A stretch of DNA of 64,000 nt from Thermodesulfobacteriota bacterium (GCA_040755455.1 JBFMAY010000011.1:15341-79340), one strand, 5' to 3'; shown: positions 26,564 through 37,242, counted from the stretch's first letter. Notes: generated by a model from the sequence alone, not told the origin. Numbers and translations: made by a program.

Positions 26564-27763
26564 CTATTTCCGCTTCTCCAGTGCCCAGAAAACATCCCGC
26601 AGCCGGCTGACCATGTCGTCAATCTGGCTTTCGCTGACCACCAGCGGCGGGATAAAGCGCAGGGCCACTCCTCCGGCAAAATTGGCCAGCACGCCTTGGG
26701 CGAAAAGACTTTTCACCATCTCAGCCCCCAGGCCGGCGCCGCGGCTGGTCAGCACCAGCCCCTGGATAAGCCCCAGCCCCCGCACCCCGGAGGCCAGCTC
26801 AGGAAACTGCTCGGCAAGCGCCTGCAGCCGGCCGGCAAGGTACTCCCCTTTCCGGACGACCGAGGCCAGAAAGCCATCGGCCAGCATGGTTTTCATCACC
26901 GTTACCGCAGCGGCGCAGGCCACCGGATTGCCCCCGAAGGTGGAGGCATGATCACCCGGCGAGAAAGAGGCGGCGACCTCCTGCCTGGCCAGCATGGCGC
27001 CGATGGGCAGGCCGTTGCCCAGGGCCTTGGCCAGGGTCATGATGTCAGGCGCGATGCCGAAGTGCTCATAGGCAAACAGGGTGCCGGTTCGGCCCATTCC
27101 CACCTGCACCTCATCAAAGATGAGCACGAGCCCGTATTGGTCGCAGAGTTTTCTGATGCCCTGCAGATACTCCGCCGGCAGCGGCCGCACTCCGCCCTCA
27201 CCCTGCAGGGGCTCGCAGAGGATACCGCAGGTCTTGTCGCTGATCATCCTCTCTAGGGCCGCCAGGTCGCCAAAGGGGGCATGGACGAAACCTTCGGGCA
27301 GCGGCTCAAAGCCCTTGTGGAATTTGGTCTGGCCGGTGGCCGCCACCGTGGCCAGGGTCCGGCCGTGGAACGAGCCCTCCAGGGAAATAATCTCATAGCG
27401 GCCGGGCCCGCCATGCTTGCGGGCCAGCTTGATGGCCGCTTCATTGACCTCGGCCCCGCTGTTGGCGAGAAAAACCCGGTCGGCGAAACTGCTTGTCACC
27501 AGCAGTTCGGCAAGTTCCGTCTGCGGCCGGGTATAATAGAGATTGGAGACATGCACGAGCTTGCCGGCCTGGGCGACAATCGCCTCGGTCACGGCGGGAT
27601 GACAGTGCCCCAGGCTGCAGACCGCGATGCCTGCGACAAAATCAAGATATTCCCTGCCCGTATCATCCTTCAGCAGACATCCCTTGCCTTCCACCATCAC
27701 TGCGGGAAAACGGCCGTAGGTGTTCATGAACAGGCTGTCGCTTTTTTCCATAATATTTGTCAT
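26564..27763 (-). CDS. argD: acetylornithine aminotransferase
   Basis: Class-III aminotransferase motifs: NSGAEVNEAAIKLAR, IFDEVQVGMGRTG, and the TLAKALGNG PLP-Lys region. Confidence 0.9.
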   Translation of the reverse strand: MTNIMEKSDSLFMNTYGRFPAVMVEGKGCLLKDDTGREYLDFVAGIAVCSLGHCHPAVTEAIVAQAGKLVHVSNLYYTRPQTELAELLVTSSFADRVFLANSGAEVNEAAIKLARKHGGPGRYEIISLEGSFHGRTLATVAATGQTKFHKGFEPLPEGFVHAPFGDLAALERMISDKTCGILCEPLQGEGGVRPLPAEYLQGIRKLCDQYGLVLIFDEVQVGMGRTGTLFAYEHFGIAPDIMTLAKALGNGLPIGAMLARQEVAASFSPGDHASTFGGNPVACAAAVTVMKTMLADGFLASVVRKGEYLAGRLQALAEQFPELASGVRGLGLIQGLVLTSRGAGLGAEMVKSLFAQGVLANFAGGVALRFIPPLVVSESQIDDMVSRLRDVFWALEKRK

Positions 27764-27774
27764 TTCATCTTCCT

Positions 27775-28656
27775 TTAGCGAACGATCTCCGTGCCGATCC
27801 CCTCCCGGGTGAACATCTCCAGCAAAATGGCGTGTTTGAGGCGACCGTCAACGATATGGGCCTTGCCCACCCCCTGGGCCAGGGCCTCCTGGCAGCATCT
27901 GATCTTGGGAATCATGCCGCCCACCGCCACGCCGGAGGCAATCATCTCATCCCCCTCCCGGCTGGTCATGGAGGCAACCAGTTTGCCCTCGCGGTCAAGC
28001 ACTCCCTCAACATCGGTGAGCAGGATCAGCTTTTCCGCCTTCAGCTGGGATGCCACGGCACCGGCCACCAGATCCGCGTTGATATTATAAGACCCGCCGT
28101 CCTCGCCCACGCCCACCGGGGCAATGACCGGGATAAAATCCTGGCTGTCCAGGGTGATGAGCACCTCGGGATTGACCTGGGTGACCGCCCCTACCCGGCC
28201 CAAGTCAATCAATTCCGGCGGGGCATTTTCCGCCAGGCTCTTCATGACCTGCATCTTTTTGGCCTTGATCAGATCGCCGTCACGGCCGGACAAACCGATG
28301 GCCTTGCCGCCATGGAAATTGATGAGACCGACGATCTCCTTGTTCACCTTGCCCACCAGCACCATCTCCACAACATCCATGGTCTCGCCGTCGGTGACGC
28401 GCAACCCATGGACATAGCTCGACTGGATGTTCATCTTCTGCAGAAACTTGTTGATCTGCGGACCGCCGCCATGCACCACCACCGGATTGATACCGATGTA
28501 TTTCATCAAAATGATGTCAAGGGCGAAATTCTTCTTCAGCTCCTCGTCAACCATGGCATGCCCGCCATATTTGATGACAACGGTCTTTTTATAGAACTCC
28601 TTGATATAAGGAAGGGATTCAATGAGGATATTGGCCTTTTCGATACTTGTGTCCAT
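27775..28656 (-). CDS. argB: acetylglutamate kinase
   Basis: Motifs [19 protein letters not shown] and [12 protein letters not shown]. Confidence 0.95.
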   Translation of the reverse strand: MDTSIEKANILIESLPYIKEFYKKTVVIKYGGHAMVDEELKKNFALDIILMKYIGINPVVVHGGGPQINKFLQKMNIQSSYVHGLRVTDGETMDVVEMVLVGKVNKEIVGLINFHGGKAIGLSGRDGDLIKAKKMQVMKSLAENAPPELIDLGRVGAVTQVNPEVLITLDSQDFIPVIAPVGVGEDGGSYNINADLVAGAVASQLKAEKLILLTDVEGVLDREGKLVASMTSREGDEMIASGVAVGGMIPKIRCCQEALAQGVGKAHIVDGRLKHAILLEMFTREGIGTEIVR

Positions 28657-28993
28657 AATAACCTGAAAACGTTGATTTTTTCAACCAGGCAACAAGTCGA
28701 TACCGCAACCCGGCATGACGTCCCGCTGACCGGTCGCCGCCGGCTCACCCGGCAGATCGACTCATTGCGTAACCAGTAACCAACCGCGCAGATGAGTAAC
28801 GCAAGGGACAATTATTACATTATCGCCGCGGCCGAAGCAAAGAAAAAGCGCTGAATCATGCTGCTTATGCAATTTTAACGCCCTTCCTCTTTCCCTTCTT
28901 TACTTTCTTCCTTGCACCCAGTATTATTCGAGTAAACAGAGTATGCGGGAATAAGACAAAAAAACAGCAGGCTGAAATCACAACCTTAAAACA

Positions 28994-29518
28994 ATGACTG
29001 CCATGCGCAAAAAAATCTTTCTCCTTGGCTTTATCCTGGCAATGTTCCTGCCGGCCCCGGCCCTCTTCGCCCAGGAGACCAAAACGGATGAGCCCATCCA
29101 CGTCGAGGCTGACCGCATGGTTTCAAAGCAGAAGGAGAATGCCGTTATTTTTTCAGGTAATGTGGATGCAAAGCAGGGAATGCTTAACATTCATTCCGAC
29201 GAAATGACGGTCTACCACCAGAGTCAGCCGGCCACGGCAGGGCCCAAGCAGGACGGCCCCCAGAAAATCCAGAAGCTTTATGCGGAGGGCAATGTGAAAA
29301 TCGTCCAGGAAAATCTGGTGGCCACCGGCAACCACATGGAATTTTTCGCTGATGAGCGCAAGGTATTGCTGACGGGTGACACCAAGGTATGGCAGGATAA
29401 CAACGTGGTGACCGGTGAGAAGGTCATGCTCGACCTCAAAACCGGGACCACCGTGGTTGAACCCAATAAAGACAACGGTGGCCGGGTAAAGGCCTTCTTT
29501 TATCCGGAAAACCAGTGA
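28994..29518 (+). CDS. lptA: lipopolysaccharide transport periplasmic protein LptA (OstA-like)
   Basis: Signal peptide present. OstA_N-type beta-jellyroll repeats (IHVEADRMVSKQKENAVIFSGNVDAKQG). A 4-nt overlap with lptB. Confidence 0.8.
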   Translation: MTAMRKKIFLLGFILAMFLPAPALFAQETKTDEPIHVEADRMVSKQKENAVIFSGNVDAKQGMLNIHSDEMTVYHQSQPATAGPKQDGPQKIQKLYAEGNVKIVQENLVATGNHMEFFADERKVLLTGDTKVWQDNNVVTGEKVMLDLKTGTTVVEPNKDNGGRVKAFFYPENQ

Positions 29519-30240
29519 TGGCATTGCTTGAAGCCAGAAATATCGTCAAGTCATACAAGAACAGGCGGGTTGTCGATGGCATCTGCCTGCAGGTGGACAG
29601 CGGCAAGGTGATCGGCATGCTGGGGCCCAACGGCGCCGGCAAAACAACATCCTTTTACGCCATTGCCGGTTTTGTCCGGCCGGATGCCGGGCAGGTGCTG
29701 CTTGACGGCAAGGATATCACCGCCCTGCCGATTCACAAAAGGGCGCTGAACGGCATTTCCTATCTGGCCCAGGAACCGTCGATTTTTAAAAAGCTGACGG
29801 TTGAGGAAAATGTCAGAATTATCCTGGAGCCGCTGGGCGTGGCGAAAAAGGAGATCGACCGGCGGATCAGTCAGCTCATGCAGGAACTGAAAATCGAATA
29901 TCTTGCCAAGAATAAAGGGCATGCTTTATCCGGCGGCGAACGGCGGCGGGTGGAAATCATGCGGGCCCTTGCCACCAATCCGCGCTTTATCCTGCTTGAT
30001 GAACCTTTTGCCGGCATTGATCCTTTATCGGTGGCGGACCTGCAGATCATTATCAAGGAGTTGAAAGAAAAGGGCCTTGGCGTGCTGATATCGGACCATA
30101 ATGTCAGAGAGACCCTGTCTGTCTGCGATTTTGCGTATATTGTCAACAACGGCAGAACATTAACCAGCGGGGTGGCGGAAGAAATCGTCAATTGCGAAGA
30201 GGCCCGCCGCATGTATCTTGGCCACGACTTTGTAATGTGA
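29515..30240 (+). CDS. lptB: LPS export ABC transporter ATPase
   Basis: Walker A GPNGAGKTT, signature LSGGERRR, Walker B ILLDEPFAGIDP. Confidence 0.95.
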   Translation: MMALLEARNIVKSYKNRRVVDGICLQVDSGKVIGMLGPNGAGKTTSFYAIAGFVRPDAGQVLLDGKDITALPIHKRALNGISYLAQEPSIFKKLTVEENVRIILEPLGVAKKEIDRRISQLMQELKIEYLAKNKGHALSGGERRRVEIMRALATNPRFILLDEPFAGIDPLSVADLQIIIKELKEKGLGVLISDHNVRETLSVCDFAYIVNNGRTLTSGVAEEIVNCEEARRMYLGHDFVM

Positions 30241-30312
30241 TAGCAAATACCAGCCAGTGCTATTATAGTAAAATTACGTAAAAATAAAAAAACTGCTTAA
30301 ACAGAAAGAAAA

Positions 30313-31788
30313 ATGTCATTCCTGGAATTAAAACAACATCTTAAGCTCGCCCAGCAGCTGGTCATGACCCCCCAGTTGCAGCAGGCCATCAAGCTGCTCC
30401 AGCTTTCCCGCCTGGAGCTGGTGGACACCATTCAGCACGAGATTGAACAGAATCCGCTGCTGGAGGAGGAAGCTCCAGGAAGCCTTGCAGATACTGAGTC
30501 CGGCCAGGATATTGAGGCTCCGCCCGAAAGCGATATGCCGATTATCGCGGAAAAGACCACCGAAGTTACCCTGGGAGAACATCCGTCAACATTGACGGAA
30601 ATCGACTGGTCCGATTATGTCAATGAATACGAAAGCGGCGGCGCCTACAAGCCGCGCGAATCACCCGGGGAAGACCAGCCCTCCCGCTTTGACATTCTCA
30701 CCCAGACGCCGGACCTGCATAGCCATCTGAGCTGGCAGCTCAACCTTTCGGATGTCACGGAGGAAGAACGAAAGGTCGGTTTTTTCATCCTAGGCAATCT
30801 GGACCACGACGGTTTTCTCAAGGTCAGCGATGAGGAGATCATCGAAGCAACCGGCTGCGATCCGCAGATGGCAAAGGACATGATCGACCTGATCCAGGAT
30901 ATGGATCCATCCGGGGTGGGTGCCCGCGATGTCAAGGAATCACTGCTGTTGCAGCTGAAAAGGCTGGGACTGGCGAACTCCCTGCCGGCAACAATCGTGC
31001 AGGATCATCTCCATTTTCTGGAAACAAAGAATTACGGCGCCATCAGCAAGGCCACCAGACAGCCGATCAGCGATGTGCTCGCCGCCGTGAAGATTATAGT
31101 CGGCCTTGACCCCCATCCGGGCCGGGTCTACTCTGATGAATCGCCCCACTACATTCTGCCGGATGTCTTTATCCAGAAGATTGATGACGAATATGTCATC
31201 ATGCTCAATGATGAAGGACTGCCCCGCCTGAAAATCAGCAGCTACTACCGGGAGATCCTCAAGGAGAAAAGAGGGCAGCAGGACGCAACCAAAGACTACA
31301 TCCAGGAAAAGCTCAAATCCGCCGCCTGGCTCATCAAAAGCATCCAGCAGCGGCAGCGGACCATTTACAAGGTGGTTGAGAGCATCCTGAAGTTTCAATA
31401 CGACTTTTTCGAAAAAGGGGTCGCCTACCTTAAACCGCTGGTGCTCCGGGATGTGGCGGAAGACATCGAAATGCACGAATCCACCATCAGCCGCGTTACC
31501 ACCAATAAATACGTGCACACGCCCCAGGGAATTTTTGAACTGAAATATTTCTTCACCTCCTCCATCGAGAGAAAGGACGGTGGCGACTCTCTTTCCTCGG
31601 AAAGCATCAAGGAACGTATCCGTCATATCATCCAGGGGGAGAACCCGGACAGACCGATGAGCGACCTGGCCCTTTCCGAGATATTTCAAAAGGATGGCAT
31701 CCAGCTTGCCCGCCGGACCGTGGCAAAATATCGTGAGCAGCTTGGTATTCTCTCTTCCAAATTCCGCAAACGGCCCAACCTAAACTGA
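30313..31788 (+). CDS. rpoN: RNA polymerase sigma-54 factor
   Basis: N-terminal region I LKLAQQLVMTPQLQQAIKLLQLSRLEL. C-terminal RpoN box ARRTVAKYRE. HTH ESTISRVTTNKYV. Confidence 0.95.
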   Translation: MSFLELKQHLKLAQQLVMTPQLQQAIKLLQLSRLELVDTIQHEIEQNPLLEEEAPGSLADTESGQDIEAPPESDMPIIAEKTTEVTLGEHPSTLTEIDWSDYVNEYESGGAYKPRESPGEDQPSRFDILTQTPDLHSHLSWQLNLSDVTEEERKVGFFILGNLDHDGFLKVSDEEIIEATGCDPQMAKDMIDLIQDMDPSGVGARDVKESLLLQLKRLGLANSLPATIVQDHLHFLETKNYGAISKATRQPISDVLAAVKIIVGLDPHPGRVYSDESPHYILPDVFIQKIDDEYVIMLNDEGLPRLKISSYYREILKEKRGQQDATKDYIQEKLKSAAWLIKSIQQRQRTIYKVVESILKFQYDFFEKGVAYLKPLVLRDVAEDIEMHESTISRVTTNKYVHTPQGIFELKYFFTSSIERKDGGDSLSSESIKERIRHIIQGENPDRPMSDLALSEIFQKDGIQLARRTVAKYREQLGILSSKFRKRPNLN

Positions 31789-31807
31789 TCCCTGATGACG
31801 CAACGTC

Positions 31808-32266
31808 GTGCTTGACACCATAACAGAAAATAGAATAGCCCCCCGCATGCAGGCGACCACAAAGAAGGAGGCTCTGCACGAACTTACGGATCTGATGCAC
31901 ACCGCCTGCCCATCCTGCGGCAGCAAGCAAGATATTGTCACAATCCTCTCCGAAAGAGAACAGATCGGCTCAACCGGCATTGGCGATGGTGTTGCCATTC
32001 CCCACGGCAAACTAGCCTGTCTTTCCCGGATAGAAATCTGCTTCGGCAGAAGCATTCCGGGTGTCCCGTTCGCCTCTGCCGACAACAAGCCTGTCCACCT
32101 CTTTTTTCTGCTGCTTGCCCCGACGGCTTCATCCGCCCCCTATCTCAAGGCCCTGGCCCGGCTTGCACGCTTTCTCAAAAGCCCGCATACCCGCTCCCGT
32201 CTACTCCATGCCGAGGGCGCCCATGAAATCGCCAACATCTTCGCCGAAACCAGTGAATTCACATAA
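31808..32266 (+). CDS. ptsN: PTS-Ntr EIIA (PtsN)
   Basis: GTG start. PTS_EIIA_2 pattern with the phospho-His region GSTGIGDGVAIPHGKL. Conserved position after rpoN. Confidence 0.85.
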   Translation: MLDTITENRIAPRMQATTKKEALHELTDLMHTACPSCGSKQDIVTILSEREQIGSTGIGDGVAIPHGKLACLSRIEICFGRSIPGVPFASADNKPVHLFFLLLAPTASSAPYLKALARLARFLKSPHTRSRLLHAEGAHEIANIFAETSEFT

Positions 32267-33122
32267 ACTGCAGATCATCATCATCACCGGCCTGGCCGGC
32301 GCCGGCAAAACTACTGCTCTCAACGCCTTTGAGGATATGGGCTATTACGCCATTGACAACCTGCCCGTCTTTCTCCTCAAGGAACTGCAGGACAAGGCCG
32401 GCACCGAGCACCTGCACAACAGAAAACTGGCGCTGGTCATGGACTGCCGCGACCCATCCTTCCTTCCCTCATTCACCTCTGTTGTCATGCAGGCCGGCAA
32501 CAACCTGGACAAGGAAATCCTTTTTCTGGACTGCAACGAGGAAGTTCTGCTCAGGCGCTACAGCCAGTTGCGCCGCCAGCATCCGCTGGCAACCGACGGC
32601 ACGATCCGCGAGGCCGTCGTCAGAGAAAAACAAACCATGCAGCCTCTGCTGACGCAGGCCACCAGGGTCATTGATACCTCCGGCATAACCCCCCACGAAC
32701 TGGCAAGGCAGCTGCGCAAAATTTACGGCAATCAGGACGCAACGGACCGCTTTGTGATCAACCTCATGTCGTTCGGCTTCAAACACGGCCCCCCGGCTGA
32801 AACAGACACCATCTGGGACGTCCGCTTCCTGCCCAATCCTTATTTCGTTCCCGAACTCAAACCCCATACCGGCCTAGACGAGCAAGTGGCCCACTATGTA
32901 TTGGAGAATGAGACAAGCCGCCGTTTTTTTGCCCTGCTCGAACCGCTGCTTGCATTTCTCATCCCCCAATACATGAAGGAAGGAAAGGCCCAGTTCACCA
33001 TCGGCATCGGCTGTACCGGCGGCAAACACCGTTCCGTAGCCGTCACCGAGAGGCTGAAACAGGTCCTCACCAGCCAGCACCTCAAGCTCTTCGTCGATCA
33101 TCGCGACATTGACAAGGCATGA
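32223..33122 (+). CDS. rapZ: RNase adapter / nucleotide-binding protein RapZ (YhbJ)
   Basis: Walker A ITGLAGAGKTTALNAFEDMGYYAIDNLP. C-terminal GCTGGKHRSVAV motif. The start is uncertain: the ATG at 32223 has a GAGGG SD but overlaps the ptsN end, and alternatives exist at 32208 and GTG 32253. Confidence 0.85.
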   Translation: MKSPTSSPKPVNSHKLQIIIITGLAGAGKTTALNAFEDMGYYAIDNLPVFLLKELQDKAGTEHLHNRKLALVMDCRDPSFLPSFTSVVMQAGNNLDKEILFLDCNEEVLLRRYSQLRRQHPLATDGTIREAVVREKQTMQPLLTQATRVIDTSGITPHELARQLRKIYGNQDATDRFVINLMSFGFKHGPPAETDTIWDVRFLPNPYFVPELKPHTGLDEQVAHYVLENETSRRFFALLEPLLAFLIPQYMKEGKAQFTIGIGCTGGKHRSVAVTERLKQVLTSQHLKLFVDHRDIDKA

Positions 33123-33561
33123 GCCGACAATCGACCATCAAGGACTGCCCCTGATCGCTTCACCGACCATCCCGCCCGTTGCTGCATATCGGCCAAGGTT
33201 TCACCGCCCTCAACCAGGGAACTCGACGGCGGCGACTCCTGCCTGTTCGAAGACTGGCGGCCGCCCCCCTGGTTGCTCAACTCCTGGGCCAACCAGTCCC
33301 AATGGGGCAGCGGGATAGAGGAGAGAGATGCCGTCATTGTGTCCACGGGAAAAAAGCTTGCCAAGACTTTCCCATTCAGGGTAAGTTCATTGACTATTTT
33401 GAAAAAAAAAATTAACGTGCTGGCAATTGAGACAAGTGCCGCTGGCCGATCTTTCTTTTCCCATGCTCAACGCCTCTCACGCATTCACGGTTCGCTCAAT
33501 GGGCAACTCCACACATTTTGAGAGATCCGCACGGGACAACATAGTAACAGGATTATTCAAC

Positions 33562-35358
33562 ATGACAACAGTTCACTTTCGTTTTTCCCTGATCGCCATT
33601 CTACTCTTTTGGGTCATTTTAGCCGGCAACGATTCCGCCGCCGAGGAACCGGGCAAGGAATCTATCGCCATTCTGCCTTTTACGACAAATGCCACCAAGG
33701 ACATCTCCTATCTGCAGGCAGGCATCCGCAACATGCTGGCCAGCCGCCTGGCCGCAGACACAGGGCTCAGGGTGATTGACCAGTCCCGGGTTGACCAGCA
33801 GGCAGCGGCAGCCGGCAACAGCAAACAGCAAGACCAGCTGATGCGGCTCGGCAACGCCCTGCAGACGGATTATCTCTTGAGCGCCACGCTTACGGCCATC
33901 GGCCAGAGCCTCAGCCTTGACGCCAAGCTCTATCCGGTAAAAAACCCGGGCAAGCCGGTGGAGACGTTTTATGCCTCAGCCGCCACGGAAGATGGCATCA
34001 TCGCCGCGGTGGACAGCCTGGCTTGGGATATTGCCGAAAAATCATTCGGCAAGCAACGCCCAGTACCGAAATATCCGCAGCAGGCGCAAATGCCGGGCAC
34101 CGCCGCCCCCATGCCCATGGCCCAGCCGGGCATGCAGCCTCCCGCCTTACCCACCGGTGAACCCCAGGGTGATCCGGCATACAGGACGGCTCATCCCGAC
34201 CGCCAATTCATGGGCAGTTACCAGGGTGGAGGCTCCCCCATCATCTACCCTACGGCAATCACCAGCGCCTTTGGCTTCACGAAAACCCAGAACTTTGACT
34301 TCGCCCTGCAGGGCTTCGACACAGGCGACATTGACGGGGATGGCAAAAAGGATGTTGCCATTGCCGCCAAAAATAAAATATTTGTCTACCACCTGATGGA
34401 GAACAGACTGGTGCCCTTCGGCGAGATAGAGCTGCAGAGCCGCTACAATGTCATCTCCCTGGACCTTGCCGATCTGAACGGCAACGGCAAGGCGGAAATT
34501 TATGTGACAAGTGTTGACTGGATAACCCCCAACTCCATGGGTATTGAGTGGCAGGGTAAAGAATTCGACTACCTCTTTAAAAACGAACGCTGGTACGTGA
34601 AAATCATGCATATTCCAGGACCCGGCAAGGTGCTGGTCGGCCAGCGGGCGGAAATCAACGGCCCCTTTTCCCGCGGCATCTTCCAGCTGCGGGTGACCGA
34701 CAAGATCATCCAGCAGGAGGAGAAGCTGTCGGTGCCGGATGCGCTCAATCTCTATGACTTTTCCCTGGCCGACCTGGATGGCGACGGGAAAACCGAGGTG
34801 ATTGCCCTTGACGAGTACGACACGCTGAGGGTGCTGCAGACAGGCGGCAAGCAGCTATGGAAAAGTGATGAAAACTACGGCGGCAGCCTGATCTATGTCG
34901 GCGGCGACAATCCGACGGCCAAAAGCGACAAAGACAACCTGGAGACAAGGACAAAAGAAAGGACCTACATCCATTCCCGTATCCTCGTCCAGGATGTCAA
35001 CAATGACAACGTGCCCGATATCGTCATTAACAAAAATCTGTCAACCGCCTCCCGCGTGCTCAAAAACATGAAGAATTATCCGAGTGGCGAAATCCATGCC
35101 CTTGCCTGGAACGGCATAGGTCTGACCGATCTCTGGCGGACACGGAAAATTGACGGCTACGTTGCCTCTTATCAGCTTGACCGCGATCCGGACAACAAGG
35201 ACGCTGCCACCCTTTTTGTCGGTATCATCACCAATACCGGCTGGCTGGATATTTTCTCGGCCAGCGACAGCACCGTGCTCATGTATCCGCTTGATCTGCG
35301 CAAAACAGAGACCCAGGATCAGAATGTTCAGCCGGGATACCAGTACATGGGCAACTGA
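33562..35358 (+). CDS. secreted FG-GAP/VCBS-repeat protein
   Basis: Start trimmed to MTTVHFRFSLIAILLFWVILAGN (signal peptide). Repeated Ca-binding-like loops: DIDGDGKKDV, DLNGNGKAEI, DLDGDGKTEV, VNNDNVPDIV. Confidence 0.65.
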   Translation: MTTVHFRFSLIAILLFWVILAGNDSAAEEPGKESIAILPFTTNATKDISYLQAGIRNMLASRLAADTGLRVIDQSRVDQQAAAAGNSKQQDQLMRLGNALQTDYLLSATLTAIGQSLSLDAKLYPVKNPGKPVETFYASAATEDGIIAAVDSLAWDIAEKSFGKQRPVPKYPQQAQMPGTAAPMPMAQPGMQPPALPTGEPQGDPAYRTAHPDRQFMGSYQGGGSPIIYPTAITSAFGFTKTQNFDFALQGFDTGDIDGDGKKDVAIAAKNKIFVYHLMENRLVPFGEIELQSRYNVISLDLADLNGNGKAEIYVTSVDWITPNSMGIEWQGKEFDYLFKNERWYVKIMHIPGPGKVLVGQRAEINGPFSRGIFQLRVTDKIIQQEEKLSVPDALNLYDFSLADLDGDGKTEVIALDEYDTLRVLQTGGKQLWKSDENYGGSLIYVGGDNPTAKSDKDNLETRTKERTYIHSRILVQDVNNDNVPDIVINKNLSTASRVLKNMKNYPSGEIHALAWNGIGLTDLWRTRKIDGYVASYQLDRDPDNKDAATLFVGIITNTGWLDIFSASDSTVLMYPLDLRKTETQDQNVQPGYQYMGN

Positions 35359-35360
35359 TA

Positions 35361-36371
35361 ATGGCCGGCCGGCAGCTTCGCCTTCTTGCGCCGCTGCGCC
35401 GGCTGATCCACGGCGCATTTTTGCTCTTCTGCCTGTTTATCGGCTGGCGTTTTTACCGGTTTTACCAGTGGGCGGTTGCCGGGGGCGACTACACGCCAAG
35501 GCCTCCCTCCGTGGAGGCCTTTCTGCCCATTGGCGCCCTGGTCAGCCTCAAGCAGTTCATCCTCACCCGGCAGTATGACACCCTTCATCCTGCCGGGCTT
35601 ACCATTTTCATTGCGGCCGTTGTTATTTCTTTGCTCTTCCGCAAAGGCTTTTGCGGCTGGCTATGCCCGGTTGGTTTCACCTCGGAGCTGCTCAATTCCT
35701 TGACCAGCAGGGTGATGGCCGCAGCCCGCCGCAGTAAAAGGCCTTACCTTCTCCGCCTGCCCCCATGGCTTGACTACCCCTTGGCGCTGCTCAAATACCT
35801 CCTCCTCGGGCTCTTCCTCTACCTTATCCTCTGGCAGATGGATCTCGCTGCCCTGGAAAATTTCAGCCGCTCGCCCTACAGCATCACAACCGATGCCCGC
35901 ATGCTGCTCTTTTTTCTCCACCCGTCAAACCTGGCTTTGGCCATCATGCTTTTCCTGGTGGCGGTGTCCATTGTTTTGCGCAATTTCTGGTGCCGTTATC
36001 TCTGCCCGTACGGAGCCCTGCTTGGCCTGCTCGCCCTGGCAGGCCCTCTGCAGCTTGCCCGGGACAAGGAGAAATGTATTGATTGCAAAAAATGCGAGGA
36101 TAGCTGCCCCGCGGCCATCGAAATTACGGCAAAACAACAGCTGATAACCCCGCAATGCATTGGCTGCCTGGAGTGTGTGGCCCGCTGCCCGCAGCAGGAC
36201 TGCCTGACCCTGACCGCTCTTTTTAGGAAAAAACTTTCCCCCTTTCTTCTGCCCTTGGCGCTTCTGACCCTCTTTTTTGCCATCTGGCTTGCGGCAAAAA
36301 TAAACGGCCTCTGGCAGTCGTCCCTCCCGGATGATGCTTTCAAGCATTTTTATCTGCTGATCAATCGCTGA
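35361..36371 (+). CDS. membrane-bound 4Fe-4S polyferredoxin (NapH/MauN/NosR-C-like)
   Basis: Several TM helices with CGWLCP and CRYLCPYG motifs. Two ferredoxin motifs: CIDCKKCEDSCP and CIGCLECVARCP. It starts 3 nt after the FG-GAP gene stop. Confidence 0.7.
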   Translation: MAGRQLRLLAPLRRLIHGAFLLFCLFIGWRFYRFYQWAVAGGDYTPRPPSVEAFLPIGALVSLKQFILTRQYDTLHPAGLTIFIAAVVISLLFRKGFCGWLCPVGFTSELLNSLTSRVMAAARRSKRPYLLRLPPWLDYPLALLKYLLLGLFLYLILWQMDLAALENFSRSPYSITTDARMLLFFLHPSNLALAIMLFLVAVSIVLRNFWCRYLCPYGALLGLLALAGPLQLARDKEKCIDCKKCEDSCPAAIEITAKQQLITPQCIGCLECVARCPQQDCLTLTALFRKKLSPFLLPLALLTLFFAIWLAAKINGLWQSSLPDDAFKHFYLLINR

Positions 36372-36796
36372 AGATGGCGCTTCCCACCAGTGGGATGGAC
36401 AATCCCCCCGTTGTGCCCCGCCCCACAAATAAAAGCCACGGAGCCCATGTTCTGCCACAGAGGCCTGTAGTCATCAGACACCCTTTGTGATTACCAGGCA
36501 ACATTTACATTTTTGTGAATTTTAAAATATCATTTTTACCCAAAAAATACCGTAGCACTATTGACTCCCCATAAAGCCGTACTGCGCCCCGCAACTACCG
36601 GAATCCACCCGGAACTCACCATCCTGCCAGACCCAGCGCTTAGCCGTGTTTACATTTTTGATAATAACAAAAATATAAAAATTACATAATTGTAATACAT
36701 ATTTTCCCCTACCGCTCAGCATTACACTCAAGACTTATCAATTATTTAGACGGATTATCAAACAGTTAAGAATAAACATCGCAAAAGGCCAGCCTT

Positions 36797-36812
36797 TGGC
36801 ACACAACTGGCT
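36797..36812 (+). promoter_or_regulatory. candidate sigma-54 promoter of glnK-amtB
   Basis: TGGCAC-ACAAC-TGGCT: GG and GC are at the canonical -24/-12 spacing, with one mismatch in the -12 element. It lies 48 nt before the glnK ATG. Confidence 0.5.
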
Positions 36813-36847
36813 ATACATGCTGACAAGGTAATTAACGATAACTTTAA

Positions 36848-37198
<351 letters not shown>

Positions 37199-37242
37199 CT
37201 TAAAAACACAAAATTAATTCTCTACTCTTTTGGTGAAATATC

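Noticed and set aside
33123-33561. A search for an NPr/HPr-like or other small gene after rapZ (track ORFs 33109..33318 and 33179..33415).
   Set aside because: The translations are Pro/Arg/Gly-rich with no HPr His-15 or Ser-46 motifs and no SD. The region is treated as noncoding.
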